Positions 62,043 through 64,000 of a DNA stretch of 64,000 bases are shown one piece after another. Source of the DNA: the human T2T-CHM13v2.0 reference genome, Homo sapiens. A program made the translations under genes and the position numbers. Numbering within the stretch: the stretch's first letter is position 1; each line of letters starts with the position of its first letter. The stretch lies in NCBI RefSeq assembly GCF_009914755.1, contig NC_060935.1; one strand, written 5' to 3'. The notes under the pieces were generated by a model. That model did not search any database, was not told where the DNA came from, and saw nothing but the letters and a program-made list of their open reading frames with translations.

Positions 62043-64000
62043 ACAACAGCTTGGGGGCACTGGCTACCCTGGCCCATGCCCCATTGAAATCATCCTCACC
62101 CCCTCTGGGTTTTAGACTTGCCCAGCCTCAGGTCCTCCACTGTGTCCTGGCCTGTGGGGAGATCATTCGATCTTCAGTCCGGACTCTAACTCAAGCCCAG
62201 GATGCAGGCCAGGGAGGCCCGGGCATGTGCCGATGGGGCAGGCTTTGGGGAGGTAGGTGGGAGGAGAGAGGTTGTTGGTGAAATGGGTGGACACAGTCAG
62301 GCCTCCTTGGACCTTCCCACACTCCAGCCCTGGCCTCTAACCCAGGTGTTCCTCAGGGCATACCCTTGATCTGCCCTTTCAGCCACACCCCTAACTTCTG
62401 CACCTCCCTCACCCGCCATCAGCCTCTTCCCCTAACTTGTGCCCAGTGACTGGAGGGTTGGCCTGGACAATCTAGTGGATCCTTCACCTTGAGAGAAGAG
62501 GCCCGCTGTGCCAAGGCCCCCTGCCCTGCATGCTCCCAAGTCACGACCTGCCTAGTGGAGTGTCTGTAGGGAACAGAGCCCACTAACAGGTGGGACAAAA
62601 GAAGGCTTCAAGCACTACTACTCCCAGGGACAAGCTCACAGAGGGCTGGGGGCAGGGCAGGCAGCCTTCAGGACCTAACCTCTGTCCCAGTGGTTCCCTC
62701 TCTGGCCTTGCTTACCAGCTCACTGCAAGGTCACCTCTCCCTCCCTCTCTCTTTTCCTGCCGCTGTCCTGCCTGCCCACTGCAACGCTGACCCCTGCAGG
62801 CCTGCTGGGGCCTGCCTGGCCTGGGGACAAGCAGTCCGAGAGAAACAGGGACTTCAGGATGAACCAGAGGGTGAAGGCTGAGGGCAGGAAGAGGCCGTGA
62901 AGTCTGGGAGGGGGCAGAAGGGAGGCTGCAGGTCTGGTCTAGGGAGGCTGGACAGAGTGTGGAGCTGGAGCCTGGGTGTGCATGGGAGGGGGCTGGTCTG
63001 GGTTCTTCACTGGACTCCGATTATTTCCCACAGTCCTTTTCTTCATTCACAATAGATCAGGGAACCAAGGGCCTGGGGGCCTGAGGCCCAAGTAGGGAGA
63101 GAACCACACCTGTCAGGTAAGGTCCTCACAGTAGCTGAGCCCTTAGGGACCTGCATAGTAAGTGGGATGAGGGAGGGAGTACCACAGGGATCTTCTGGAA
63201 CCAGCATGAGGCAAAGGGGAGCAGGAGAGGACAGATTTTTTTTTTTTTAAGGATTGGGCCGCAGGTGTTCCTGAGAGTGGGATGAGAGGATCAGGATATA
63301 AAAGGCACTGGCCCCTGGGAGACCAGAGGGGAGGGGAGGGGTGGCCTGAGTTACACATAAATCAATTTGCATATCTCAGTACCAACCAGTACCAGCCAAG
63401 GGGAGATGGGGAGGCAGAAATGGGGGACACAGAGCCCTGGCTTGGGGAGCTGAGTCTAGGGAGCCTTGGGGGAGCTGGGGGGAAGGGAAATCTGACCTGG
63501 AACTATAGAGCCTACAAAGGTGGGCAGGGATGCCAGAGGGCAGAGGCCAGAATGAGATCTTTGACTCCTCAAGGACCCCAGATGACTAGGCTCAAAGGCA
63601 GACTGTGCCCTCTCCAGCCTATGTCTGACCCCACCCAGCCCAATGCCCACACCGGAGAGGAGTCAGCCTCAGGCCAGCCCCTTTCCCAGTCACAGCTGCC
63701 CTACCACAGGCACTGGTGGGTCCCGCAGCTGCAACTGGGGTGGGCAAGACAGGTCCCAACTGCAGCCAGAGAGGCCCATTCAAGGAGGGGGTGAGGGAAG
63801 AGTTGAGGGCTGCCAGCACACCAGGGATGGTACTGGACTCCAGACCCTTTGCCTAGAAGATGCCAAGCACGTCAAGCTGGCCTCCGTGGTGAGGGCAGAG
63901 GTGCTTGGAGGAGTGGTGATGTCATGGTGCCCAGGCATGGGAGGAAAGAGGAGGGAGGGAGAGGGGAGAGGGCACAGCCCCAGGCCAGTGGCCTAACAGG

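Overview
Primate (Alu-containing, almost certainly human) genomic DNA occupied end to end by most of the synaptotagmin-7 gene (SYT7) on the minus strand. Exon 1 (MYRDPEAASP, recalled from the known protein) lies beyond the right edge. Eight constitutive coding exons were mapped with GT-AG borders: TM exon, linker, C2A, C2B, and the last exon with a ~3.3 kb 3'UTR and AATAAA near 209. With a 31-nt exon 1 they sum to the 403-aa isoform. Four symmetric phase-2 cassette exons (132/225/369/123 nt) give the 686-aa long form. The most unusual part is the 18-kb linker region (17980-36252). Besides those cassettes it holds several orphan branch-point/polypyrimidine/AG modules leading into microexon-sized or stop-containing exons, distant branch points that use (TC)n tracts, a very dense NOVA-type YCAY cluster, and a possible internal start that would add a new hydrophobic N-terminus. 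Intron 2 has a UG-flanked 34-nt candidate TDP-43 cryptic exon and a CpG island. Intron 1 has a tandem REST/RE1 pair and two RFX X-boxes. Most of the remainder is Alu, MIR, L2, L1M and hAT-MER repeats and microsatellites. Nearly all ORF-track entries are chance ORFs in GC-rich intronic DNA.
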